A model generated the notes under the pieces. The model had not been told where the DNA came from. It was given only the letters and a program-made list of their open reading frames with translations, and did no database searches. A DNA stretch of 64,000 bases, taken from Dehalococcoidia bacterium (GTDB lineage Bacteria > Chloroflexota > Dehalococcoidia > Lucifugimonadales > JADFKI01). Of the stretch, positions 48,834 through 58,218 are shown piece after piece. Position 1 is the stretch's first letter; each line of letters starts with the position of its first letter. The stretch lies in assembly GCA_963422525.1 (NCBI GenBank), contig OY730226.1, positions 1,624,524 to 1,688,523 of the forward strand. The letters are read 5' to 3'. The translations under genes were made by a program, and so were the position numbers.

Positions 48834-50033
48834 ATGGCTGACAAGAGGAGCATTAGAGATCTGGATGTTCGATGCCAGACCGTTTTGGTCAGGGTGGACT
48901 ACAATGTTCCTCTTACGCTGGGCACGACGCGGATATCAGATGATGGGCGCATCCGCTCATCGCTGCCGACGCTGCGATACTTGCTGGCGCGCGATTGCAA
49001 GGTCATTCTTTGCTCACATCTTGGGCGTCCTGGTGGACAAGTGGTAGAAGCGCTGAGGCTTGCGCCGGCGTCGCGGCGGCTCGGAGAGCTGCTGGGAGTT
49101 GTGGTGAAGCAGTGTGCGACAACGATAGATGATGAGGTGGTCGAAGCTGCCGCCGCACTTGCGCCCGGCGAGTTGATGATGCTTGAAAACACGCGCTTTC
49201 ATCCGGGCGAGGAACGGAACGAAGCTGGGTTTGCGGCTCAGCTGGCGTCGCTGGCGACGTTGTATGTGAACGACGCCTTTGGGGCCGCGCATCGTGCGCA
49301 TGCGTCCACGCACGGAGTAGCGCGCTTGCTGCCATCGGCGGCGGGATTGCTGATGGAGCGCGAGCTGCGATATTTGGGGATGGCGCTTGACGCGCCGCGC
49401 CGCCCGTTCGCCGCTGTACTAGGTGGGTCGAAGGTGTCGGAGAAGATTGGCGTACTGGAAAACTTGGTGCGCAAGGTTGACCTGCTGATTATCGGCGGCG
49501 GGATGGCGGCGACATTCATCAAGGCGCAGGGGCACGCTGTAGGCGATTCACACGTCGAGGATGACAAGGTAGGGTTCGCAAGGCGGCTCATTGAGGCGGG
49601 GCGGGGCGGCGATTTGACGCTCATGCTGCCTGACGATGCCGTGGCTGCCGATGCGTTCGCCGAACATGCAGATGCGCGCACGGTGGAGGTGGATGCGATA
49701 CCAAGCGGATTTCGCATAATGGACATCGGTCCGAACTCGGCAAATCGATTTGCCGAGGCGCTTCAGGGATGCAAGACGGTCATTTGGAACGGGCCGCAGG
49801 GCGTGTTCGAGTGGGGAGCGTTCTCGCATGGCACGCGCGCCATCGCGGAAACGCTCGCAGCGATGGACGACGCTACGACGGTGATAGGCGGCGGTTCGAC
49901 AGCGGAGGCTGTCACATCGTTGGGGCTGTCGGACAATATCACGCATGTATCGTCGGGCGGGGGCGCATCGCTGGAGTTCATGGAAGGCAGAGAACTGCCC
50001 GGTGTCGCGGTCCTGCCCGATAAAGATCAATAG
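48834..50033 (+). CDS. pgk: phosphoglycerate kinase
   Basis: RVDYNVPL, SHLGRP, NDAFGAAHRAHAS and GGGDS-like GGGSTAEAV. Confidence 0.95.
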   Translation: MADKRSIRDLDVRCQTVLVRVDYNVPLTLGTTRISDDGRIRSSLPTLRYLLARDCKVILCSHLGRPGGQVVEALRLAPASRRLGELLGVVVKQCATTIDDEVVEAAAALAPGELMMLENTRFHPGEERNEAGFAAQLASLATLYVNDAFGAAHRAHASTHGVARLLPSAAGLLMERELRYLGMALDAPRRPFAAVLGGSKVSEKIGVLENLVRKVDLLIIGGGMAATFIKAQGHAVGDSHVEDDKVGFARRLIEAGRGGDLTLMLPDDAVAADAFAEHADARTVEVDAIPSGFRIMDIGPNSANRFAEALQGCKTVIWNGPQGVFEWGAFSHGTRAIAETLAAMDDATTVIGGGSTAEAVTSLGLSDNITHVSSGGGASLEFMEGRELPGVAVLPDKDQ

Positions 50034-50200
50034 GTCGGACGGGTAGAATCGGCGAAATACGATATATATGAAATAACACGATTGCCGAACTTCTTGCTAG
50101 GGTCATCTTGCAACCTGCCTGCGAGCGCAGACGCAGACATTTTAGCATAAGACATAGATGAAATACTAACCAAAATACTACTTGCGTTTAGGTTTGCTAT

Positions 50201-51406
50201 ATGATCGACCTTCCTTTTCTCGCTAGCATCTGCCACTCCACGCCGTCCAAGATTGTGCTGCTTGTTGTGGACGGTCTTGGCGGCGCGCCGCATCCGGATA
50301 CGGGCAGATCGGAGCTAGAGACGGCGGATCTGCCCAATCTTGACAAGCTGGCGGCACAGAGCGCGGTGGGTCTGACGATTCCGGTGATGCAGGGCATAAC
50401 GCCGGGGAGCGGGCCGGGGCACATGGCGTTATTCGGCTACGACCCAGTCAAGTATCTGATGGGGCGCGGCGTGCTGGAGGCGCTGGGGATCGATGTGGAT
50501 CTTGGGGCAGGGGACATCGCAGCGCGCGGCAACCTGTGCACAGTGGACACTGAGGGCAAGCTTGTTGACAGGCGCGCAGGGCGCATTCCGACAGAGGAAA
50601 GCGCTCCGTTGGTGGATACGCTGAACGAGATAGAGGTTGACGGGGTGGAGATTGCGGTGTATCCGGTGCAAGATTATCGTTTTGTTTTAGTTATCAGCGG
50701 TGATGGGTTATACGACGGGATAAGCGAGACGGATCCGCAGGTTGTGGGCGTCGAGCCATTCCAGGCTCGAGCGCTCGATGATGGGGCGGAGCGCGCGGCT
50801 GAGGCTGTACGGGTGTTTGTCGAGGCGGCGCGTGAAGCGCTGCTAGGCAGGGAGCGTGCGAATATGGCGATGCTGCGGGGCTTCTCGCAGCTTCCGGATC
50901 TGCCGAACTTCGGCGACCGGTACAGACTGAATCCTGCCGCTATCGCCGCGTATCCGATGTACCGCGGACTGGCTAAGATCGTGGGTATGCGGGTCATACC
51001 GACCGGCAAGACCTTTGACGATGAGTTGGACACGCTTGAAGCGCACTTCGATGAGCACGACTTCTTCTTTCTGCACTACAAGCCGGCGGACGCGGCGGGG
51101 GAGGATGGGGATTTCGATGCCAAGGTGGGCGCGCTGGAGGCGTTGGACGCCTGCCTGCCACGCCTGATGGAGTTGGAGCCTGATGTACTGGTGGTCGCGG
51201 GCGACCACGCGACTCCTGCTATATTAGGCGCGCACAGCTGGCACGCCGTGCCGCTGCTGGTGCACTCGGCATTGACGCGGGGCGAGGGCGTAGGCGGCTT
51301 CACGGAGCGTGAGTGCGCGCATGGGGCTTTGGGGCGTATTGCCGCCACAGAAGTTATGATGCTTGCTATGGCGCACGCTGGGAAACTATTGAAATATGGA
51401 CCATGA
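50201..51406 (+). CDS. apgM: cofactor-independent phosphoglycerate mutase, archaeal type
   Basis: VVDGLGG, GSGPGHMALFGYDP, and GDHATP near the C-terminus. About 400 aa, typical of ApgM. Confidence 0.85.
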   Translation: MIDLPFLASICHSTPSKIVLLVVDGLGGAPHPDTGRSELETADLPNLDKLAAQSAVGLTIPVMQGITPGSGPGHMALFGYDPVKYLMGRGVLEALGIDVDLGAGDIAARGNLCTVDTEGKLVDRRAGRIPTEESAPLVDTLNEIEVDGVEIAVYPVQDYRFVLVISGDGLYDGISETDPQVVGVEPFQARALDDGAERAAEAVRVFVEAAREALLGRERANMAMLRGFSQLPDLPNFGDRYRLNPAAIAAYPMYRGLAKIVGMRVIPTGKTFDDELDTLEAHFDEHDFFFLHYKPADAAGEDGDFDAKVGALEALDACLPRLMELEPDVLVVAGDHATPAILGAHSWHAVPLLVHSALTRGEGVGGFTERECAHGALGRIAATEVMMLAMAHAGKLLKYGP

Positions 51407-51531
51407 CAAAATCGACCTGTATGCATGAACCGGGCAGAATATTTGAGAACGACCAATATGAATATGTAAATATTTGCATTGGTAATTATATTGCTCTCTT
51501 ATCTAGTGAAAAGCAACAAATTGGAATTAAT

Positions 51532-52287
51532 ATGTCAATATCATTAATCGTTGGGAACTGGAAGATGAACACGAAGATTGTCGAGGCTGAAGCGTTGGCG
51601 GTGGGAATTCGTGATGGCCTGGCGCATGATGTAGGCGTGAAAGTGATATTGTGCCCGCCGTTTGTGTCGCTGGCGGCAGTGTGCGAGATCGTGAATGGTA
51701 GTGGCATATCGGTTGGGGCGCAGAATCTGCACCATGGGGCAGGTGGGGCATACACCGGCGAGGTATCGGCTGCGATGCTTGTTGGGGTATGCTCATATGT
51801 CATTGTTGGGCACTCCGAGCGACGCGGCCTTTTCGGTGAGACGGACGAGGTGGTCAACCTGAAGCTCAAGGCGGCTCTTGAAGCAGGCATAGCGCCGATA
51901 CTCTGCATAGGGGAAAGCCTCAAGCAGCGGAAAGATGGGAGTGCTGAGGCGGTAGTGGCGTCGCAACTTCATGCGGGGCTGGAAGGAGTAGCCTTGAGCG
52001 ATGGCGTCGTGGTCGCATACGAACCAGTGTGGGCTATCGGCACCGGACAGTCGGCCACGCCCGAGGAGGCGCAGGATATGATGGCGCACATCAGGCGTGC
52101 GCTCGCTGCGATATGCGGTGAGGACACGGCGTCCGCTGTGCCGTTGCTGTATGGAGGGAGCGTCAATCCCGACAACATCGCGGGCTACATCAGCCAGCCG
52201 GACATTAACGGCGCGCTGGTTGGAGGGGCGAGTCTCGATGCCGCTTCGTTTCTGGGCATTGTTAGGGTTGCGGGCAGGGGTGGCTGA
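51532..52287 (+). CDS. tpiA: triosephosphate isomerase
   Basis: LIVGNWKMN, VGHSERR, AYEPVWAIGTG and GGASL. I placed the start at ATG 51532. The track start overlaps apgM. Confidence 0.95.
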   Translation: MSISLIVGNWKMNTKIVEAEALAVGIRDGLAHDVGVKVILCPPFVSLAAVCEIVNGSGISVGAQNLHHGAGGAYTGEVSAAMLVGVCSYVIVGHSERRGLFGETDEVVNLKLKAALEAGIAPILCIGESLKQRKDGSAEAVVASQLHAGLEGVALSDGVVVAYEPVWAIGTGQSATPEEAQDMMAHIRRALAAICGEDTASAVPLLYGGSVNPDNIAGYISQPDINGALVGGASLDAASFLGIVRVAGRGG

Positions 52288-52304
52288 CAGGAGAAGGGGA
52301 TGGA

Positions 52305-53288
52305 TTGGAGGGGGTAGGGGAATTGGCGACGAAGATGCTGGTCATTGTTGGGCCTACTGGAGTAGGGAAGAGCGCTCTGGCGATGAGACTTGCGCGCGAG
52401 TTCGACGGGGAGATCATCGGCGCTGACAGCAGACAGATCTATCGGCTGATGAGCATCGGAACCGCCAAGCCGACCGAAGCCGACCGAGTCGCAGTTCCAC
52501 ATCACCTCGTTGACATCATCGACCCGAATGAGCGGTACTCGCTTGCGCTTTTTCTGCGCGATGCCCAAGATGCTATTCACAACGCAAAAATAACTCCTAT
52601 ACGGCTTCCCATCGTAGTTGGAGGCACAGGACAGTATGTGTGGGGCCTACTGGAAGGATGGCAGGTTTCCAGTACAAAGCCAAACGCAAAATTAAGAGAA
52701 CGGCTCGAGTTGCGGGCGGAATACGAGGGTGTAGGGGCTCTCTACGAAGATCTAAGGCGCCTTGATCCGGAGGTGGCTGCGCGCGTTGACGGGCGCAACC
52801 CGCGCCGGGTTATTCGGGCGCTGGAGATTTTTCATTCCACCGGCGACGATGCGCGCGCAGATGTCAATCGCGTTGAGGAACGGCCGCGCAAAATACCGCC
52901 GGACTATGACGCGCTGATATTGGGGCTGACGATGGAGCGGCGGGCGCTGTATGAGCGCATAGATGAGCGCATAGATGCGCAGATTGCGGCGGGATGGCTT
53001 GCTGAGGCGCGCGAGCTGCGTGAGCGCGGGTATGGGCTTGCGGGTTCAAAGAGAGGAATGGCTGCGTTGTCGGGACTGGGGTACGGTGAATTGATGCGGC
53101 ATCTGGACGGGGAGATGCCGCTTACGGACGCGGTGCAGCGCATCAAGTATCGGACGCACCGCTATGCGCGTCAGCAGTATGCGTGGTTTCGACTGAGCGA
53201 TGAGCGGATACGGTGGCTGGAAGCGCCGTTGCGGGATGCGGTGTTCACGCGGCTGATTGAGGATGTACGGGAGTGGCTTCGGAGCTAA
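52305..53288 (+). CDS. miaA: tRNA dimethylallyltransferase
   Basis: GPTGVGKSALA, GADSRQIYR..IGTAKPT and HHLVD. The start could be 52305 or the internal ATG at 52335. Confidence 0.9.
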   Translation: MEGVGELATKMLVIVGPTGVGKSALAMRLAREFDGEIIGADSRQIYRLMSIGTAKPTEADRVAVPHHLVDIIDPNERYSLALFLRDAQDAIHNAKITPIRLPIVVGGTGQYVWGLLEGWQVSSTKPNAKLRERLELRAEYEGVGALYEDLRRLDPEVAARVDGRNPRRVIRALEIFHSTGDDARADVNRVEERPRKIPPDYDALILGLTMERRALYERIDERIDAQIAAGWLAEARELRERGYGLAGSKRGMAALSGLGYGELMRHLDGEMPLTDAVQRIKYRTHRYARQQYAWFRLSDERIRWLEAPLRDAVFTRLIEDVREWLRS

Positions 53289-53377
53289 CATCTGTAGGCA
53301 GGACTTGGATGGATTTATGATGTGCTACAATTGTTCGCAAGGTCTCGAACGAAAGCATACGACGGGGGATATGCGTA

Positions 53378-53788
53378 ATGGCAGAGCATCCACTGAACCG
53401 ACACCTGTTTGTCGCCGACAACATAAACTTGTTGCAGCGTCTTGACAACGAGTCCATAGACCTTATCTGCATAGACCCGCCGTTTGCCAAGAACCAGACA
53501 TTTATAGGTAATCTGCGTCCGCCTTTGTCTGAAGAGGAGCGACAAAAGGAGCGGGAAACCCTTGCAGGTTGGGATATTTACAACGAACGCGATGCGACTA
53601 TGGCGGGCATAGACTGGCCTGACTCGGGGAACACCTCGCGCTTCCGTGACATTTGGCGCTGGGAAAGCGATGCGGAGGCTCACCACGAGGCGATGCAGAT
53701 ATTCGGGCGGGCGTATGCGGAGCGATGCCCGTTGGTTCGACAGGATGGGGCGGTTCGACAGGCTCACCATGAACGGCCAAAGGGGTAG
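53378..53788 (+). pseudogene. N-terminal remnant of an N6/N4 DNA methyltransferase (beta-class, DPPF motif IV only)
   Basis: NINLLQRLDNESIDLICIDPPFAKNQTF...FRDIWRWE matches the N-terminal third of large site-specific MTases. There is no SAM-binding motif I (the TGS.Y.HCD region) before the stop. The next gene starts 6 nt later. Confidence 0.6.
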
Positions 53789-53793
53789 ATGTT

Positions 53794-56712
53794 ATGTCTG
53801 ACGAAGTGGTCTGTCCACGATGCCAGCAGGTTAATGATACCCGCAATAGGTTCTGCACAATGTGCAGCCGCGGTTTGGGGGATGTGTCGAAAGCGACAGA
53901 TGAGAACGCGGAATCGGATAGCGCTGACGAAGAACGGCCTGACATCCCTGACATCTATGAAGAGTTGGCATCGGTACGCAGGCAGCTTACGGAAGCTACT
54001 AATTTGGTCGGTAGTCTTCATAATCGGGTAACTGGACTTGAGGCTCGAATATCGAGAGACGTCGCCGCCCGGCGACCTGAACCCAGCGCCGCCGAAGCCC
54101 GTCGATCTGAACTCAGCGCCACCGTCGCCCGTCGGTCTGAACCCAGCGCCGCCGAAGCCCGCTCGGAGCGGACAGGCGCACAGCAGCCGGCGGCTTCCGC
54201 TTCCGCAGTGTCTGCATACTCTGCCGAATCTGCCGTAGAGAAGCCTGACACACTCCAAGTCGATCAAGTCAGAATCGAATCGCCCGAGATCGGGCTGCGG
54301 ATTGATTGGGAGCAGGTTCTGGGAAGGAACTGGTTCGCAATCATCGGCGGGGTCGCGGTGGTATTGGGGATAGGCTTCTTTCTCAAGCTGGCGTTCGACA
54401 ACAACTGGATAGGCGACACAGGGCGCATTGCGCTGGGTATTGTGGTTGGGTTGGGGTTTTTAGGAGTGGGGGAGTACGCTCAGCGCAGGGTGCCGCGGTG
54501 GGCGCAATCGGTAACGGCTAGTGGAGCCGCTATCCTCTACCTTTCCATATACGCCGCTTTCGGGCTGTATCAGCTGATTCGTCCTGATGCGGCGTTCTTG
54601 CTGCTGGCGGTCGTAGTAGCGGCGGCGGCGTTGCTCGCGCTACGTTACGAATCGATAGTAATAGCGCTTCTGGGGGTTGCGGGAGCATTCATCTCGCCGG
54701 TACTGCTGGGCACCGATTTGCCGGATGTACGGTTAGTGACGGTGTACATATTGCTTGTGGATGTGGGCATTCTGGTCATCTCCACTTTCCGCAACTGGCG
54801 ATGGCTCACGCTTGTGGGACTAGTGGCTTCATACGGCATATTCGGCTACTGGCTGAGTGAGTTCCCCGGTCATAGCCCTCTGATTACATACATTGTGCTG
54901 ACGGGGGTCTTTCTCACATTCGCCGCCGCCACGCCGCTGTTCCATATCCTATGGAGGCGCATGCCCGGCGTCGCAGACTTGAGCCTTATGAGCATTAACG
55001 CCAGCGTGTACTTCCTGCTGACGACCATTGTCCTTTTGGACGACTATGAGGGATGGCTCGGACTGATCGCGTTCAGTCTCGCTCTGCTCTACGGGCTTAT
55101 GGCGCTTGCTGCGTTCAAGAGAAGTGGGACGCCTGCGAGAGTAGCCGTGTTCGCGCTGGGTATCGCAAGCGTGTTCTTGGTGATAGGAGTTCCGCTTCAA
55201 TTCAGCGGCTATTCGGTAGCGGTGAGTTGGGTGGCGCAAGGTGTAGTAATGGTCTGGATGGGCTTTTATCTGGGGCGCTGGCAGTTGCGAGCGTTTGGAT
55301 TAACCGTTCTTTCGCTTGCCGTCGGCCACTTAATTCTGTTTGACATCTGGGTGGATGAGGAGGGCTATTCCCCGGTCCTAAACGGTCGGTTCCCGACGAT
55401 GGTCGTCGTCACAGCAGCGTTCTATGCCGTTGGGTTTATCTACTGGCGTAATCGGGCGGCAGGCGGGCTGTTGAACGAAGAGCGGTGGGCAGCGGCATTT
55501 ATGATCGGGGTGGCTAATCTGGTCAGTTTGGGATTGATCAGCCTTGAAATAGTCAACTATCTCTACAGAGACAGCCTTGCCTGGACTTCAATCTTCGATA
55601 TTCGCATGCAGAACTTTGGAAACGGCACGCATCTGTCGCTGACGGTGATGTGGGCGGTGTACGGGTCATCAGTCGCAGCCGTTGGGTTACTGGGACGGTT
55701 GCCGATAGCAAGATGGGGAGGTCTCGTCTTGTTAGGCACGGCGGTCTTGAAACTTCTGACATACGATGCATTCTATGTGCATATGGATCTCTTGAGTTTC
55801 ACACCGCTGCTGAACATTCGGTTTATGGCATTCGCAGTTATGCTTGGGCTGCTGTCCGCCTTCGCGTTTTGGTACAAGCGTAATCAATCCCGCCTTACCG
55901 AGCAGGAAAGTTACATATTTCCGGCGCTGCTAATAGCCGCCAATGTGGTCGCGCTGTGGATGGTGAGTCAAGAAATCATTCACTACTTTAACGCTCTTGC
56001 GGCAAGATATGACAGCGATTACTTTAACGCCAAGCATCTGTCGCTGACGGTGGCGTGGGCGGTGCAGGGGTCATCAGTCGCATCCATTGGGTTACTGGGG
56101 CGGTTACCGATAGCAAGATGGGTAGGTCTCGTCTTGTTAGGCACGGCGGTCTTGAAACTTCTGACATACGATGCATTCTACGTGCATATGGATCTCTTGA
56201 GTTTCACACCGCTGCTGAACATTCGGTTTATGGCATTCGCAGTTATGCTTGGGCTGCTGTCCGCCTTCGCGTTTTGGTACAAGCGTAGTCAATCCCGCCT
56301 TACCGAGCAGGAAAGTTACATATTTCCGGCGCTGCTAATAGCCGCCAATGTGGTCGCGCTGTGGATGGTGAGTCAAGAAATCATTCACTACTTTAACGCT
56401 CTTGCGGCAAGATATGACAGCGATTACTTTAGCGCCAAGCATCTGTCGCTGACGGTGCTGTGGGCGGTGTACTCCGTCGGCATGATAGGCGCCGGGATCG
56501 TTTATCACTCTAGCCGCATAAGATTGGCGGGAATTGGACTGCTGGCAATACCCGTAGCCAAACTGTTTGTGTACGATGTGTTTCTGCTGGAGATGGCATA
56601 TAGGGTGGCGGCATTTCTGACGCTAGGCTGCTTGTTGCTGAGCATGGGACTGGTGTATCAGCGTTACAGCCATGCGGTCAGGGGCTTTCTGTTTGGGCGC
56701 GGGCTGACCTAA
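53794..56712 (+). CDS. large polytopic membrane protein, DUF2339-like, with an N-terminal zinc ribbon and coiled coil
   Basis: CPRCQQVNDTRNRFCTMC, a coiled-coil/repeat linker, then more than 20 hydrophobic helices. The DUF2339 assignment is from memory of that family's architecture. Confidence 0.65.
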   Translation: MSDEVVCPRCQQVNDTRNRFCTMCSRGLGDVSKATDENAESDSADEERPDIPDIYEELASVRRQLTEATNLVGSLHNRVTGLEARISRDVAARRPEPSAAEARRSELSATVARRSEPSAAEARSERTGAQQPAASASAVSAYSAESAVEKPDTLQVDQVRIESPEIGLRIDWEQVLGRNWFAIIGGVAVVLGIGFFLKLAFDNNWIGDTGRIALGIVVGLGFLGVGEYAQRRVPRWAQSVTASGAAILYLSIYAAFGLYQLIRPDAAFLLLAVVVAAAALLALRYESIVIALLGVAGAFISPVLLGTDLPDVRLVTVYILLVDVGILVISTFRNWRWLTLVGLVASYGIFGYWLSEFPGHSPLITYIVLTGVFLTFAAATPLFHILWRRMPGVADLSLMSINASVYFLLTTIVLLDDYEGWLGLIAFSLALLYGLMALAAFKRSGTPARVAVFALGIASVFLVIGVPLQFSGYSVAVSWVAQGVVMVWMGFYLGRWQLRAFGLTVLSLAVGHLILFDIWVDEEGYSPVLNGRFPTMVVVTAAFYAVGFIYWRNRAAGGLLNEERWAAAFMIGVANLVSLGLISLEIVNYLYRDSLAWTSIFDIRMQNFGNGTHLSLTVMWAVYGSSVAAVGLLGRLPIARWGGLVLLGTAVLKLLTYDAFYVHMDLLSFTPLLNIRFMAFAVMLGLLSAFAFWYKRNQSRLTEQESYIFPALLIAANVVALWMVSQEIIHYFNALAARYDSDYFNAKHLSLTVAWAVQGSSVASIGLLGRLPIARWVGLVLLGTAVLKLLTYDAFYVHMDLLSFTPLLNIRFMAFAVMLGLLSAFAFWYKRSQSRLTEQESYIFPALLIAANVVALWMVSQEIIHYFNALAARYDSDYFSAKHLSLTVLWAVYSVGMIGAGIVYHSSRIRLAGIGLLAIPVAKLFVYDVFLLEMAYRVAAFLTLGCLLLSMGLVYQRYSHAVRGFLFGRGLT
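54067..54167 (+). repeat. 3.4 x 30-bp in-frame tandem repeat (ARRPEPSAAE units)
   Basis: Units are at 54067, 54097 and 54127, with a partial unit at 54157. Confidence 0.85.
55629..56472 (+). repeat. 2.1 x 405-bp in-frame tandem duplication (135-aa multi-TM module)
   Basis: gcatctgtcgctgacggtg recurs at 55629, 56034 and 56439. The track shadow ORFs 55650..55883 and 56055..56288 are nearly identical. About 7 aa differ between the units. Confidence 0.9.
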
Positions 56713-56782
56713 AAAACTTATGGGCGTCTGCTACAATTTGCATAGCCTGAGCAAGGGTATTAATGGATACGGAGAAGGTGAA

Positions 56783-57634
56783 TTGAGATTTACGAAGATG
56801 CATGGGGCGGGGAATGATTATGTGTATGTGGATGCTAGGAAGCGGGAACGGGATTGGGCGGCGCTGTCGGTGGCGATGAGCGACAGGCGCCTGGGGGTCG
56901 GGTCGGACGGGCTGATACTAGCGTTGCCGTCGGAGAAGGCGGACTTGCGGATGCGGATGTTCAATGCGGACGGGTCGGAGGGCGAGATGTGCGGCAACGG
57001 GATTCGCTGCCTTGTGAGGTTCGCGTTCGATAACGGAATCGTCCCGGCGGAGAAGTCTCCGGTGCGGGTGGAGACGCTTGCGGGAGCGCTGGATGTAACG
57101 CCGATACGGGACGATGAACGGGGCATGGCAGGGGCGCGTGTGAGGATGGGCGAGCCACGCCTGAGGCCGCCGGAGATACCCGTGGCGATAGAGGGGGTGG
57201 ATGCGGTGATGGACTACCCATTATTGGTCGATGGGCAGGAGTTCCGTATAACCTGCGTGTCGATGGGCAATCCGCACGCGGTGGTGTTCATGGACGAGCC
57301 GGTGGATGAGTTCCCGCTGATGGAAGTTGGGCCGTTGGTGGAGCGCCACCCGCTGTTTCCTGCGCGCGTGAACTTCGAGATAGCGAATGTGCTGGAAGGA
57401 GGCAAGACTATCAAGACGCGAGTGTGGGAGCGCGGGTCGGGGATCACGATGGCGTGCGGCACGGGCGCGTGCGCGGTGGCTGTGGCTGCGCGGCTGAACG
57501 GGCTTGCCGGCGGCAGAACGACAATCGCGCTGCCGGGCGGCGACCTGACGGTAGAGTGGCCGGGCGAGGGTGAAGTCGTGCTTGAGGGGCCGGTGGCGAA
57601 GGTGTTCGAAGGGGAGTGGGTGGACGAAAGCTAA
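56783..57634 (+). CDS. dapF: diaminopimelate epimerase
   Basis: RFTKMHGAGNDYVYVD, NADGSEGEMCGNG, SMGNPH and ACGTGA (both catalytic Cys contexts). I placed the start at TTG 56783 after GGAGAAGG. ATG 56798 is an alternative. Confidence 0.9.
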   Translation: MRFTKMHGAGNDYVYVDARKRERDWAALSVAMSDRRLGVGSDGLILALPSEKADLRMRMFNADGSEGEMCGNGIRCLVRFAFDNGIVPAEKSPVRVETLAGALDVTPIRDDERGMAGARVRMGEPRLRPPEIPVAIEGVDAVMDYPLLVDGQEFRITCVSMGNPHAVVFMDEPVDEFPLMEVGPLVERHPLFPARVNFEIANVLEGGKTIKTRVWERGSGITMACGTGACAVAVAARLNGLAGGRTTIALPGGDLTVEWPGEGEVVLEGPVAKVFEGEWVDES

Positions 57635-57912
57635 CATCAATGGGTAGGATACAGAAGGTTTCCCCTTCTAAATAGTTGCCGTAGCCGCTTCCTGAATTTG
57701 CGCTATTATCCGGATATAGAGTATAGAGGATGCTACAGTCTGTATGAATTAGAGTGTAGCCGCGCAAGGGAAAGGCTCGAAAATGTCAGCTACGCTAGAA
57801 ACGCTTTACGCAGACGGTAGGCAGCCGCGAACGAGTTGCGCTCGGAGAGCCGCATCAGGATTCCCATGCCTGAAATCGAGATGGAAGATGCGCACCGCCG
57901 ATCCATTCGCCA

Positions 57913-57941
57913 AGCCCCGCTGATTTCGGGGCTTTCTTCTT
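57913..57941 (+). terminator. terminator-like hairpin in the dapF-dapL spacer
   Basis: AGCCCCG-ctgattt-CGGGGCT followed by TTCTTCTT, a pyrimidine-rich run rather than a clean U-tract. Confidence 0.4.
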
Positions 57942-58218
57942 GCCTATGGTTTCAGGTGGCATTTGCAGCCGCCAAAGATGCCGCCGAAGATTGAAGTCGT
58001 AGCAAATCTTCCGCTTCTAGCTCAGCGACTTTGCCTTTCAAATTGCAGACAAAGCTGATTGCAGAACCTTCTCCGCTCCAGAGACTTCAGGTGTTTCGTT
58101 CTCGCGGATATCCACCGAGGCAACTCCCGTCATACAAGAACGGCATTCTTTACCTTTGCAAATACTTGCCTTAACATGGTGGGACACAGACAAATTTGGA
58201 ATTGTTGATGGAGACGAG

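Noticed and set aside
4020-53288. Five tRNA-A37 modification genes (tsaE, tsaB, mtaB, tsaC, miaA) in one window, as a possible functional super-cluster.
   Set aside because: They are dispersed among unrelated housekeeping genes on both strands and, apart from tsaE-tsaB, share no operon structure. This is most likely coincidence in a core-genome region.
53378-56712. The methylase stump plus the zinc-ribbon protein read together as a restriction-modification or BREX-like system.
   Set aside because: The methylase lacks its catalytic and SAM-binding half. The large neighbour is a polytopic membrane protein with no nuclease, helicase or ATPase motifs.
57640-58218. A possible lysine riboswitch or T-box leader upstream of dapL.
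   Set aside because: I could not find the conserved L-box elements (AGAGGNGC, GCCGAAG, CUGUCA in the right order) or a T-box sequence. I kept the region only as an unexplained spacer.
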